Part shown: piece by piece, positions 40,360-53,860 of the stretch
How the letters are laid out: each line of letters starts with the position of its first letter
Numbering within the stretch: position 1 is the first letter of the stretch
From: the human T2T-CHM13v2.0 reference genome, Homo sapiens
Reading direction: 5' to 3' (one strand)
Length of the DNA stretch: 64,000 bases
NCBI RefSeq assembly: GCF_009914755.1
Contig: NC_060933.1
Position numbers and translations under genes: made by a program
The notes under the pieces: generated by a model
What the model saw: the letters and a program-made list of their open reading frames with translations, nothing else
The model's database searches: none
Told to the model about the DNA's origin: nothing

Positions 40360-40600
40360 TAACAACTTTCATTTGTTTCAGGTTTTGCAGTTTTGAACAA
40401 CTTTCCAAATGCATTATTTAATTTAACTGTTAGAAAAAAACTTGTGAGATAGCCAGGGTACATACAATTTCCTGATTATCTCTACTTTAAAAATGAGAAT
40501 GATGAGGCTGAGAGAAGTTAAGTCATTTTCCTAAAGTCACATAGCTACCAAATGGTAAAATGAAACTCTAAACCCAGGTCTGCCTGTGCTTTTGACAATT
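40360..40600 (-). mobile_element. MIR SINE
   Basis: tgaggctgagagaagttaagtcattttcctaaagtcacatagcta. Confidence 0.7.
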
Positions 40601-42279
40601 TGGTTCCTCCAGCTCTTTTCAACCTTCCACATCTTTCCAGAAATCACAAGTGTTCCTGTGGTCGGCCTCCCCACCCAGGTGAGAGAAAATGTCACGTGTC
40701 TTCTCTTATGTCTGGAATGACATCATCTCAATGTGGTCACACTGGGTACCTCACTGTTATCAGAACTTCTGACTAGAAATTATAGAAATCTATGGTCAAT
40801 GAAAATACTAGGAAAAGCTGCGTTTTTCTAATGTTAATTATTACTTAAGCAGTGTTTTTCCTAGTATTAATTTTTACTTAATAAATGTAAATTTTTGAGA
40901 GTGAGAATGTTTCAAAATGTGGGATCAATGGTAAAAAAAAAAAAAAAGTTTTTAAAGCTAGTGAATGAAACTACAGATCTTGTCCAACTTCCTCATCTTA
41001 CCAATGAGAAAAATTGGCACAAAGAGGTTAGTGGCTTATCTGAGATGACACAGAGAGTTAGTGTCAGAGGTAAGAATGAAACTCAAGGCTTTTAAATGCT
41101 CAATAAAAGCACAAGGTAGCCAGCCTTCCAACAGAGTACCTCAGAAGAGATCATTTAGTCTGTGTATTTAGCAGTCCAAGAATAAGCTGACGTTTACTGT
41201 GAACACAGAAAGAATTAGGGATTCAGTGGTAATAAATGACCTAAATGTTTAAAATTGGCCTCAAATGAATCCATTTTCTACCTCTTGTTGTTTCCACTGT
41301 GCTGAAGCACAATGACGTAGTGACTTTATAATTTTAGCCAGGAGTGGCCAATTATCCAGAACTTGCCAGTCCTATTTTGTAAACACAGTTGGTAGCTGGG
41401 TGAATAATGCAGGGTTGTAGTGTCATTTTCAGGCACGGAGATACAGCCTTAGAGATCTTCCAGGCTGGGTTTCCCCAACCACAGTCAGCTGACTGCCAGG
41501 GAGGAATGTTTACTGCCCTGGGCAGGTGGGCAACTCCACCTTCCTCCTCAGAGAGACACTTTTGCTTGGCTCCCCTCCCCTCTGAGGTAGGGTGGAGGTG
41601 TGCAATCAATGTTTCCAAGAAACAGCATTAGCCATCTTGGGGGAGAAATGGGGGAGAATACTCAAAAGAAGACCTGTTAGAACAAAATTAATTTAGCAAA
41701 GCTCCTCAGTGTCTGCTTTGAGCTGGAAGGAAGATGTTCAAAATCATGTAAATTAAACCTTCACTCCCCCCATGAAGAAACTCAGGCCAGAGAATGGATG
41801 TGACTTGCCCAGAGTCACAAAGTCAGGATGTAGTAATCAAGGCCAGCCTGAGATCCTCCAAATTCCAGGCCAGTGCCTTCTCATACCTCTTCATATTCTC
41901 AGTCATTCTCTTTTAGATAAAATAACCATGATTCATAACACATCAATGCCACATTAGGCATTGAATATACTCCATATTCTGCATGATTCCTCAGATATAT
42001 TTCGACTCATATGTGCAAGGTTAGGGGTTTTTGTCCTATGCACCCATATCTCTTAAGGACAAGTACAGGGCCTGTCTTGTAGTGTGTGATCTGTTTAATG
42101 GCAACATGGATGATACGGATGAGGCAGTGTTGGGTTATCTCGTGACACACCATCCTTTCCTTGGAGTGACAAGCCTTCTCTTGTTGTCCACTTTACATTC
42201 CTTTTTTCCACCTGTTGAAATTTTTCAAGCCCCAGTCAAAAGCTGCCTTCTGTTATCTCTAGTGGAAAGGAAACTGCCA

Positions 42280-42480
42280 AGACTCTGACATCAGACAGCC
42301 TTGGAGCTGGGTGCTACCTTGACTACTGCTAATGCATGACGCAGGCAAGTTACTTAAACTCTTTGAGGTTCCAAATAACCCATTGTCAAAGAGTTAATAA
42401 TACTGACCTCATTCAATTTTCCTGTTGGAAAAAAAAAATGGGTAAAATTCCCAGCATAGCATGTGCCACATAATAGCTTC
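42280..42480 (+). mobile_element. MIR SINE
   Basis: ggcaagttacttaaactctttgag core. Confidence 0.6.
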
Positions 42481-42494
42481 TGTTTTTAAAGAAG

Positions 42495-43108
42495 TTTTTA
42501 ATTAACAAGTAAAAAATACATATATTTATGGTGTACAACATGTTTTGACATATGTATACATTGTGGAATGGCTAAATTAAACTAATTAACGTACACATTA
42601 CCTCACCTACTTTTGTGGTGAGAATACTCAAAATCTACTCTGTTAGCAATGTTCCAGTACACAATATAGTCACCATGATGCACAATAGATCTCTTAACCT
42701 TATTCCTCCTGTCTAACTGAAATTCTGTGTCCTTTGACCAACATCTCCTCAATCTCTCTAACCCCAGTCTCTGGTGACCACCATTTTACTCTTGGTTTCT
42801 ATGAGTTCAACATTTGTAGATTCCACATATAAGTGGGATCATATTGTGTTTGTCTTTCTGTGCCTGGCTTATTTCACTTAACATAATGTCCTCCATGTTT
42901 ATTTCATTTTGTTACAAATGACAGCATTTCCTTCTTTTTTAAGGCTGAATAGTATTCTACTGTGCCTATACAGCACATTTTCTTTATCCATTCTTATGTT
43001 GATGGACACTTAGGTTGATTCCATGGCTTGGCTATTGTAAAGAGTGCTGCAGTGAATATGGAAGTGCAGATATCTCTTCAACACACTGATTTCATAGACT
43101 TTGTATAT
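42495..43108 (-). mobile_element. L1MA-type 3' end
   Basis: atttatggtgtacaacatg...gattccacatataagtgggatcat...tgtgcctggcttatttcacttaacataatg. Confidence 0.92.
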
Positions 43109-44639
43109 AAATTAACAGATGTTAATTCCCTTCACCCGGGAGAAGCCTTCCTCCTCAGGGTCCCATGGCTCTTTGCTTACTCTTCATGTGTTTATTATGC
43201 ATCATTTCATAGGTTATCAATGACCTTGGAACACTTCTATCTTTCCACTAGAATATAAACTTTCTTAAGGGCATTACTAGGTCAGACAAATCTTTGCCTT
43301 TGCCCCACCAGGATTTCCTACAGCATCTAAAACAATGCCTAGCACAAATCTGACACACAAAATTTATTTTTGTAAAACTGGATGGTAGTGTCTGTGTGTG
43401 GTGGTGATGGGGCTGAGGGCATACTATAAAATACCTTTAAGAGTATTTGTCTGCAAATAACAGCCCTCTTCTGTTGTCTTATGTATTTCTGTATGTTATG
43501 TCTTCTATTTTTCCTCTAGGATTAGGTAGCTGGGTTCATCAGTGACACCCTTTCATTGCATGTGAGCATCTGAAGAGCTGACAGTCCCTCTGAGAGGGAC
43601 CAAACTGCGTTTCTGTGTTGTCTCGTCATGCTCCCACCAAGAGGAAGTGGTATTTCAGGGACAGCAGATGACAGGGTGACATCACCCTTCTCCGTCAGTG
43701 CTCATTTCGTTTCTTCAATTTCAATGAAGACATGACAGAAAAGGTTGTTCCCTTATCATAGGGTGGCCTCTCTGTCTTATTTATTAGCGAAAATAAGGAA
43801 GGTTCCCCTTCACCCTGCCCTTCATTATAGAGCTTCCCATTTCAGTCCTTACCTTTTGGCCTGACTTTCTGGAAGAAGTAAAGGCCAGTAACTGAAACTC
43901 AAATATTATATTCATAGATCCTTCCTTCCATCATCCATCCATATCATAATCTAAAGGAATAAAAGAACTGTAAAATTTTTTAACAGAGTCAGGGTATTGA
44001 AGCTTATGCATTCCCAAGAAAACAATTAAGGTTAACAAGTATCTGTAAAGTATGATTACCAGGCAACATTTATGGAGCTTTTATTATGATCAAGTCACTG
44101 TCCTTTATGTTTGAGTATCTTGTCCGCTCCTCATCAAGCCCTATGTGGAGGGTAGTATCACTAGAGAGAGTAAGTAATCTGCCAAGATCCTGTGGCTAGT
44201 AAGGGGCAGGGCTGAGATTTAGACCTGTGTTTGTCTCAAGAGGCAGCATTCATAATAATTACCTATACTGTCTCACCCATCTGCACCTGTTGTAGTAACA
44301 GAATGCTCTCAACAATTATGTTACTGCTACTGGGGCAGCGTAACACACTCAAAGTCACTGAGTCATGAGTTAGTGATCTGGAGGTAAATAATTCATATCT
44401 CCCTCCCTCAAGAAGAAGCTAACAATTTTTTTAAAGTACATGCATATACAAACATATGTATCTACACACATGTATACATATGCATTCTATATATAGAGAA
44501 TGCATGTGTGTACATATATATGATTATAATTATAATATAGAGTGACTTGATGCTGTATTTATGCTACAAACAAATGGCTATAGAAACTCCCAAGAGGCAG
44601 AAATAAGTTTTAAGTTGAAATCTGGGTAATGGAAAGAAC

Positions 44640-45120
44640 TGAATATCTAATCTATACCAGAAGTTATTCTAGGTGCTTTCACATGGATGATCTTATATCA
44701 TTTTACTTAACTACAAAATACCTCTGTGTGATAAGTGGGTAGTATTACCCCCATTTTACAGATGTGGAAAGCGGGTGCTCATATAATAAGAGCAAACACC
44801 TATTTAACACGTACTATATATTAGGCACTGTTGTAAACATTCTACATGAATTGATTCATTTAAACTGCATAACAGTTCAACTACACAGATGCAAAGATCG
44901 TTTTTAAGATGAGGAACCTGAGGTCTAGAGTGCTTAAGTCATTTACCCAGGGTTTTGTCACCAATAAGAGGTGACATCAGGTGGAGGGACTCCTGGGTCC
45001 TTGCTCTCAACCATTGTATTATTGCTGCTGAGGCAGAGTAACATGCTCAAAGTTACCAGCTGAAAGGCGCACAGCCAGGGTTTGGCTCCTGTCTGTCTGT
45101 CTGTAATAAAGACAATACTC
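44640..45120 (-). mobile_element. Two nested or adjacent MIR SINEs
   Basis: Two cores: ccccattttacagatgtggaaa (~44748) and ttaagatgaggaacctgagg (~44905). Confidence 0.7.
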
Positions 45121-45149
45121 TTTCTAAAAATTTGTTATAAAATATTTTA

Positions 45150-45670
45150 TACCAGAAAAAGAGACTGGAAATGTAGGTTGGAGTAAAGTGCTCTAAATGC
45201 CATAGTAATGAGTGAGAACTCAGTCTATGTCAAGGGATGCCCTCAAAAGCATTTTGAGCAGAAAATCAAAATGCAATATATTTAAGTCTGCATTGAGGAA
45301 AAAAAACTAACTAGAATGTACAGAACAAATCAGATGGAGTGAGGCAGAAAATAACAAAACCTATTAGGAGGATGCTGCAATAGTCCCAGGAGACATGAGG
45401 AAGGTGTGATTAAGAAAAGGGTCACAGTAAACTGAGAATGGAGGGGGAGGGGTGTTCAAGACAATTTTTAGAGATGGCATTGGCAGGACTTATCCAACAT
45501 GCAGAAGAGGTACAAGCCCAAGAAAAACCCAAAGTTTCTAACTTGAGTGATTAAGGCAAAGACGATGCTCTTAAATGGTTTGGGTAACACCGCAGGAGAA
45601 GAAATTTTAGTCATGTTGTGTTTCCAGTGCCTGTAAACCCCTTAGTGAAGCAAACCAGAAGATAGACATT
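45150..45670 (-). mobile_element. L2 fragment
   Basis: attaggaggatgctgcaatagtcccaggaga, aagtttctaacttgagtga. Confidence 0.6.
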
Positions 45671-46002
45671 ACAAGAATTAAGAATTATTTAATATCCTAG
45701 TAAGAATCTAGTAAGAATTTAGTAAGAATTATTTAGTGTTCCAGTCTCTGGCTTCCTAAGAAACCTTTGGGGTTGAAGAAATGAATCTGATCTTTGGAAG
45801 CTGTTTTAGCTAATGAAGCAGCATATACAACCTGTGTTCTGCAACAGCACATACAAAGGATGTCATTAACAGGCATAGCGTCTCCTTAGCCACACCAATA
45901 TGTCTTAGAACCTTCAAGTTAAAGGAAACAGGTGGTAAATTGTGCACACTTCCCCGAGTACCAGCTATAATTCCAAAATAAGATCTCTTCTTAAGAATTT
46001 CT

Positions 46003-46304
<302 letters not shown>

Positions 46305-46430
46305 AAGAATTTCTACTGACAGGAAAATGTTTGGGATATAGGATATAGTCAGGTTAAGTGAAAAAAGCAGAGAAGAAAAAATTAATGAAATGTTTTCCCA
46401 AAAAAGTTAACATATATGTACATGAATACA

Positions 46431-47207
46431 CAGTCATGCATTGTGTAAAAATGTTTTGGTCAACAATGGATCGCATATACGACTGTAACGAGATTATAAC
46501 GGAGCTTAAAAATTCCTATCGTCCAGTAATGTCTCAATTATCCTGACCCTGTGTAGACCTAAGCTAATGTGAGTACTTGTGTCTTAGTTTTTAACAAAAG
46601 AGTATAAAATGTAAAAACCAAAAAATATTTTAAATGAAAAAGCTGATATAATAAGGATATAAAGAAAGGAAATTTTGTACAGCTGTCCATGTGTTTGTGT
46701 TTTCAGCTGTTATTTCAAGAGTCATAAGTTTAAATAAATTACAAAGTTTATAAAGTAAAAAAGTTACACTAAGCTAAGGTTAATTTATTATTGAAGAAAG
46801 ACCATTTAAAAAAATAAATTTACTGTAAGTGTACTTAGCCTAAGTTCACACTGTTTATAAAGTCTACAGTAGTGTACAGTAGTAGGCCTTCACATTCACT
46901 CACTACTCATGCAAGCTCCATTCATGATAAGTGCCCTGTAGAAGTGTACCATTTTTTATCTTTTATACAGTATTTTTACTGTAAATTTTCTATGTTTAGA
47001 ATACAAATACTTACTATTGTGCTGCAATTGCCTACAGTATTCAGTTCAGTAACATGCTATACAGGTTTGTAGCCTAGGAGCAATGGTAGGTGTGTAATAG
47101 GCTATACCATCTTGTGTAAGTATACTCTATGATGTTCCCACAATGACAGAATTGCCCAAGGACACATTTCTCAGAACATGTCCCTGTTGTTAAGCCATGC
47201 ATGACTG
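46431..47207 (+). mobile_element. Tigger3/Golem non-autonomous DNA transposon
   Basis: Terminal inverted repeats cagtcatgcat / atgcatgactg (11/11); typical internal gttacactaagctaaggttaatttattattgaagaaag. Confidence 0.9.
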
Positions 47208-47720
47208 CATATACATAAATATACAATATATACTATATGTATACATATATTCATATACACATATATACTACACATAGAATAAACACTAGAGGAAATGTAC
47301 CAAAATATTAACATAGGTCCTTTACTAATTGATTATTTATTGAGCACCTATAATATACCAGGCATTGTGTAATTCATTAGATATGGTGAGAAAAAATGGA
47401 CCTAGTTGCTGCCCTCATAGAGTTTACGGTTTAGGGGCTAAGCCTAAGATAAGAATTTAAAGACATTATACTTGGGAAACAGCCTGAGTCCAGAATCCTT
47501 TTGGTCTTTTATAGTTGGCTGAGTTCTTGCTTTCAGTCTTCTTGTTACTGTTCTGTAGGGATAAAGTAATGTGCCCAAAATTACCACCTAGAAAGGAGCA
47601 GAGCCAGGATTTGGATCATATCTGTTCGATACCAAATTGACACCAATTCTTTTAGTGACTCACCATTATCAAGTGTTTCTAAGACATTCAACTTAGTTTT
47701 CATAGAAATGATTCTCTTTT

Positions 47721-48058
<338 letters not shown>

Positions 48059-48446
48059 TCATTTATTTAGATAGTATATAGTTAAATTCTACAATTACAA
48101 CAACAAATATAATTGGCATTTCCATATTTGTGAATGAACACAAGTGATTCTTGGTGAGCAGGGACTCACCCAGGGTGGGCACAGGTGCCTGAGCCCACTG
48201 GCTGCCAGCATTCAGTGTGCCATGGGCATTGATTGGCATAATTTAAACAAGTAATCAAGAGTATATGTCAATCTAATAAGTCAAGTAAATGGAAATTGAT
48301 TAAAAGAACATATACTGTGCCATATTTCTGGTCACACAACTTGAGATTGCCATAACATTAGGCAGTGAAATCATATTGATTTCCCTGTCAGCTGAAACAT
48401 TATTTTCATCATTATTATATCTACCTCTAAGTCACAATTTAGTACT

Positions 48447-48842
48447 TGTTTAGGGCTGAGCTATCTGCCTCCCAAAATGTATATGCTGAAGTGCTTAACC
48501 CCTGGCACCTCAGAATATGACTCTATTTGGAGATATGACCTTTAAAGAGCCAATTAAGATAAAATAGGGTCACAAGAGTTTGGCCCTGATCCAATATGAC
48601 TGGTGTTTTTATAAGAAGAAGAGATTACAAAACACACACATGCAGACTGAGGGGTGACCATGTGAGGACATAGCAAGAAGTTATTATCTACAAAGCCAAG
48701 TGAAGAGACTTAGAAGAAACCAAACCTACTGACACCTAGATCTTGGACTTCTAGCCTCTAAAACTGTGAGAAAATACACTTCTATTGTTTAAGCTATCCG
48801 ATCTTTGTTATTTTCTTACGGCAGCCCTAGCAAACTAATACA
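48447..48842 (+). mobile_element. MaLR solo LTR (MLT1B-like)
   Basis: acctcagaatatgactctatttggagat...ccaatatgactggtgt...gcagccctagcaaactaataca. Confidence 0.9.
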
Positions 48843-49689
48843 TTATCTCAATGACTGCCACATGTTCAGCATTCAAATATTGATTAAATGAATGAGTGAT
48901 TAATAAGTATATCTTTCCCTCATCTTCGATTTTTGTAGTTGACTTTTTGGGATCCCTACTACAGAAACTAAAATAATAATAATAATAGTAATATGAAGAA
49001 GAAGAAGTATGTGTGTGCTCTAGTTATCCGCCAGTTCTGATATTTTAAGAATAGAGAGTATATCTTCTTTTTCATCCATTCCTAACTCTTGATTCTAGGA
49101 CTAGGTAAAGGAGTTCCTATAAGTTCCAATTTAGGAACATGTTCAAATGATCAGAGTTAAAATCCCAGTGCTATTAGAACATAGCCAGTCCTCAACTGCT
49201 TCTTGAAAGCCTTAAATTTCCTTGTGCTGGGCAACTGAGTCTCTTGGGGCTTTGCTGAGGCCCCTGGTGCAACCAGACAAGGCTGGGATGTGAAACGGCC
49301 AAGAAAATTGTCAGGCAGCCAAGAAAACCTCCAAAGCCTTTGATATATAGCATATGAGGTCATGGGAACCAAGGCTGAACTTTCTCCCTCCATTCTCCCT
49401 AAGGACACGAATTAAGGTACCCAAAGAACCTGACACAGCACCTGGCTATGCTCTTAGCAACATAAGCACAAAACTAGGAATGGTAAATTACCTGGATTGC
49501 TAGTGCTCGCACAGAGTGGCAGAGCCCACCCAACCTTCGAGAGTCCCTGGCCCAGCCTTCTTGTTTTGAAAGGAAGGAAATTGAGGCCCAGAAAGGGGAA
49601 AGGTCTATCCCTGCTCTTGTCATCATCATTCATTAAGCCTTTGCAATATAAACCAAAGACAAAGTTAAACGCTTCAATCTTTTATATTG

Positions 49690-50020
49690 TTACTTTTTAA
49701 AGAGAATTTCCTCCCCAGCGTCCCTAATGAGCAGCCACTAATCTTTGTCCAAACACTTCTAGGAAAAAGGAACTCACTGTTTCTTGGGGCAGCTAAGTCA
49801 TCTTTGAACAAATTTAATTGCAGGGTATTTTTTCTAATTGAGCCCAAATCTGCCTCCCTGCATCTTCCACCAATAAGTTCTTATTATGCCTTCTTAACTA
49901 TTGTGGAATAAATCCAACTCCTCGTCTCCATAATGGCCTTCATATATTTTAAGATGAAGAGGACTTTTAACAGTATCTCACAGGTCATGGTTTCAGCTCT
50001 GTATTCATCCTTGTCACTAA
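49690..50020 (-). mobile_element. L3/CR1 fragment
   Basis: ggaactcactgtttcttggggcagc...attgagcccaaatctgcctccctg. Confidence 0.6.
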
Positions 50021-51565
50021 CGTCAACTGGTTTTAAACCTCGGAGAGTAGGTCAATGACACGTCAACAAACAGAAATATAACATTCTAATAAATAAACTT
50101 TGGTCCTTTGATTTGGAATGAAATCATCTGTGAATCACCCCTAAATGGTGGGAAAGGTGGAACGGGGTTGCTTACTGATAAAGAGAATCCTTCAATCCTT
50201 CCCTGAATAACTCCTAGGCCTATTGCAGGAAGCCCTGACCAAGTCTTCCCTGGCTTCCTACCTACACACTGGCCATTGCTCTGCCTGCCTCTTGCCATCT
50301 CAGCCCTGCCACTTTTGCCCTCAATTCTCCAGTAGGTCTTGGACTGAATGGGTGGAATGACAATCCATGAGTCCTTAAGCATCTGCCAAACTCCTTCTAA
50401 GGGAAGCAACCCCACCCTTTCTCTTGCTATTCTCCTCCCAATACACTTGAAGTGAAACCAATACTTCTACCCTCATCATGGCTGATTGGAATAAAAAACA
50501 GTTATTGCTAAGGATCTTCCATGAGCTGGACTCATAAAGACCAACTACCCAACAGACAGCTCTTTACTGAGGGAAACTTGGCAAGCTGACCCAACCAAAT
50601 CTTTGTTGGAAAACAAAATGAGCCAAATAAACAGATAAGTGGGGCCATCAGACTTTAGCAGTTCTCTTGAACTGCTTCTTATGACTGGACAGGAAATGTG
50701 TATTGAAGAAATGGAAGCTGGGTGACTGAGTGCTTGATGAAGGGACATTCCAATATTTCTTACAATAAACCTGCATGTCTAATATGGAAACTCAAGAGTG
50801 GAAGGTTTTTAAGTCTTTTGTCCCTACTGCCCCTCTCCCACCAAAAGTTGAAGGGCAAGGTGTTTACATAATTCTTCCTCCATATTTAGGACATTCATAG
50901 TAGGGATTTGATTTTACCTTGTCTGGTAAATGAAATTGATGTAGGCTGAACTGTTTAATGTGGGCTCTAGATACAGGGAGGACATAAAAGGATTTAAAAT
51001 TCTTTGAGGTTCAGGCAAGTCTGAATGATTGCAGATATCTTAAAAAACAAATAACTTGTTGAGAACTTCTTCAAGAAAGAAGATACTGCCCCCAGAAAAG
51101 TACAGAACCAGAGCTTCCTCTCTGTACTCTTTTGTTGTGTTCATTTTGAGATGTGACAGGGAGGAGGGATGGGCTTAAGAGTGGAAAGAATAAGCCCTAA
51201 CTCCAGAATCTTTTCCTTTTCCAGAAATAAATACCTTGCTTTCCATATCTCCAGATATGATTTATGTGAGATGTGTTCCAATAAGATTGGGTTTAGATAA
51301 AAGAAGTTATGCAGCAAGTTAATTCAACAACTGTTCAATGCACTGGAGATGCAGTGATAACTAGGACATGGTTCTTGCCTTCATAGAGTTTATAATCAAA
51401 TGATATTTGCAGCTCCTTAAATTGATTTGCAAAGAGATATCTCTATAAAATGTAGTGAGGGAGTAAAATAATCAGTCATACACTGAATATCTACATACAC
51501 CTTGCCCTGGGTACCCCCTATCAGGAGGGAGTGGTGTAAAAAAGATACATAAAATGTGGACTCTG

Positions 51566-51647
51566 AGCTGCAAATCTCACTGGAAAAATAAGATGCACAC
51601 GGGACTTTTAGCTACAAATCTCATTGGAAAATAAGATACACATGGGA
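51566..51647. repeat. ~44-bp diverged tandem duplication
   Basis: agctgcaaatctcactggaaaaataagatgcacacggga followed by agctacaaatctcattggaaaataagatacacatggga. Confidence 0.9.
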
Positions 51648-52809
51648 AACTGTTGGCCAACAGAACAGTTTAAAATAAAGAGTTAGATTGAGTGGTACAG
51701 ATGTTAATAACTAGAAAATCCACAATAAAATGTTAAGTATAAGGTCCTGGCAACAAATTTTGAAGTCGTTTAAGGAAAGATGGATACAGAGTAGAGATAG
51801 CAACAAAGGTTTTATAGAGAAAGTGGTACCGGAGTTAGGTCTCTAAAGATGAGTGAGGGATGGGGGACGTTCTGGGCAGAAGTAAAGTTATGGAGGCAAA
51901 AAAAAGAACCTGACAGTCACTTGTAGGGATAACAGAGGAGAACCAATTAAATACCCACAAATCGTGAATGTTATAAAACAAAGCCAAACAATTCAGATCA
52001 CACCTAACAAACAAAATTATAATAGAAATACCATGTCTGCTCCCCAAACACATGCACATTCTAACACATTCTTGGAAAGAGTGCTGTAACGTTGATTTAT
52101 ATCTGACAGTCCAAGTAAAAAATGAAAGAGCTGCCAAATCTGCCTATATAAATCCTAGTGATTTCACATGTTTTCATCCTATGAACTGAAGGCAGAAAAA
52201 GAGATTTAAGCCTTTGAGACAGCAGACAATAAAATGGTACCCTAGTGAAGCTTCTCAGAGGAGCCACTAGAATCATATTTATCATGTCTAAGACTGACAT
52301 TAATTCTAATGTGCAGACACTCTTCAGAATTCAGATGCACAATATTAAATAACTCTTAACAAGTGAATTTATTGAGTTATGTGGAGGTACATTGAGTTGT
52401 ACAGGGGGACCTTATAACTGCAATATTACACAGAATCAAACACTGCACGGAAGCCATGTTCAACTTCTTTTGTCAGCAGCCAGATGATTGACAAGACCCT
52501 CCTTCAAAATCTTCCTGGACAAAAGTGTTTCTTTTTGCCTTGTGCTGTCAAACCCTTGAGTTGCAAATGCCTTGAGCAACTGATCAGAAGCAAAACTATT
52601 ACCTAAATAAGAGATGTTTGGGCCATGCCTATTGGTAACTCTGGCTGGCCCATGTAAAGGAGGAGTGATCCTCTGTCTTGGTGAGATTACAAATCCACAT
52701 CTCTAAATGTCAGATGAAAACATCATTACTGCTGCATCCTTGCCCTTATGAAGAACATCTACTGCCTCCTAGCCCTTACCTGAGAGCTCCAATTATTAGC
52801 TAACAAGCC

Positions 52810-53030
52810 AATGCTCTGATCAAACTCCCAGCCAGGCTAAGAATCCCAGGCACGTGGACCTCTGGGGCAGAGCCAGAAATCTGCATTTTTAACAAGCGTC
52901 CCTAGGTGTTGTTCTAAGGCAGTAGCTCCCTAACCTGGTTGATCACTAAAAGCATCCAGGGAGCAGTTTAACAAAGTGCAGGTTCTCAGAACACAGTCCA
53001 GACCTTCTGAATGAAATCTCCAACAGTTTG
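52810..53030. mobile_element. MER5A-type hAT MITE fragments
   Basis: gaaatctgcatttttaacaagc and ccagaccttctgaatgaaatctc motifs. Confidence 0.65.
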
Positions 53031-53649
53031 GAAATTGTGACGGAAGTTATGGATCATTATGCTGTTCAGAATTGTTTATATAATCATGAAAGTGAAAAAC
53101 AAGATAATCATGAAAGTGACAGATCCCAGCTGGTGTTGGTGTCACTTCTCACTAATTGTTTGCTTCCTTTTATAAGAAAAGGAGAGGTAGGTAACCCATT
53201 ATGTTTCCATTCTTGCCTTGAACACCAGGAAACCGAAAGCTGATAGTAACTCTTTCTGGCTTAGATTTCTAGGTATGCTTGTTTCTCTTTCTATTATCGG
53301 GTCCTTTCATTAAACATTTTTAAAAAATGTAACCTCTGACTAAGTCACTAGAAGTAGCCAGAGCACAAATTCCAAATTAGTGCAATGTGAATAATTCAAA
53401 TTCAAGCTCTACCTTAAATGTCAGAAGGTTACCTTCTCTGTTCAGCTTACAAATGTTGGTTATCTTGCATTTCGCAGCTCCACACCAATGATGGGGCTCC
53501 CATCAACCTGCCTCATTGGACAAATGACATAGGATGAAGAACCCAGAAGGGATGCTAAACTTGACAGAGTGGAAGAATTGGGGCCTTGTTCAGTTAACCC
53601 ACAAATGAAGCGTTTCCCTCTCAATTCAATTATCTGTTAAGGAGAGATG

Positions 53650-53860
53650 GCTGCGGTATAGTGAAAACAGGCCTGGACCTTCAGCCAGAGAACTAGGGTT
53701 TGAACCCTAACTCTCTATGGCATTAGATAAGTCATTAGCCCCAGAGGTCTAGTTTCCTCATTTGTGAAATGAGGTTGACAACCTTAACTTTGCCTTTCTT
53801 TTGCAGTTATTGTGAAAGTGCTTTGTAGAATGAAATGTTTTCTAAAATGCAAATCGTTTA
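53650..53860 (+). mobile_element. MIR SINE
   Basis: agtttcctcatttgtgaaatgagg core. Confidence 0.7.
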
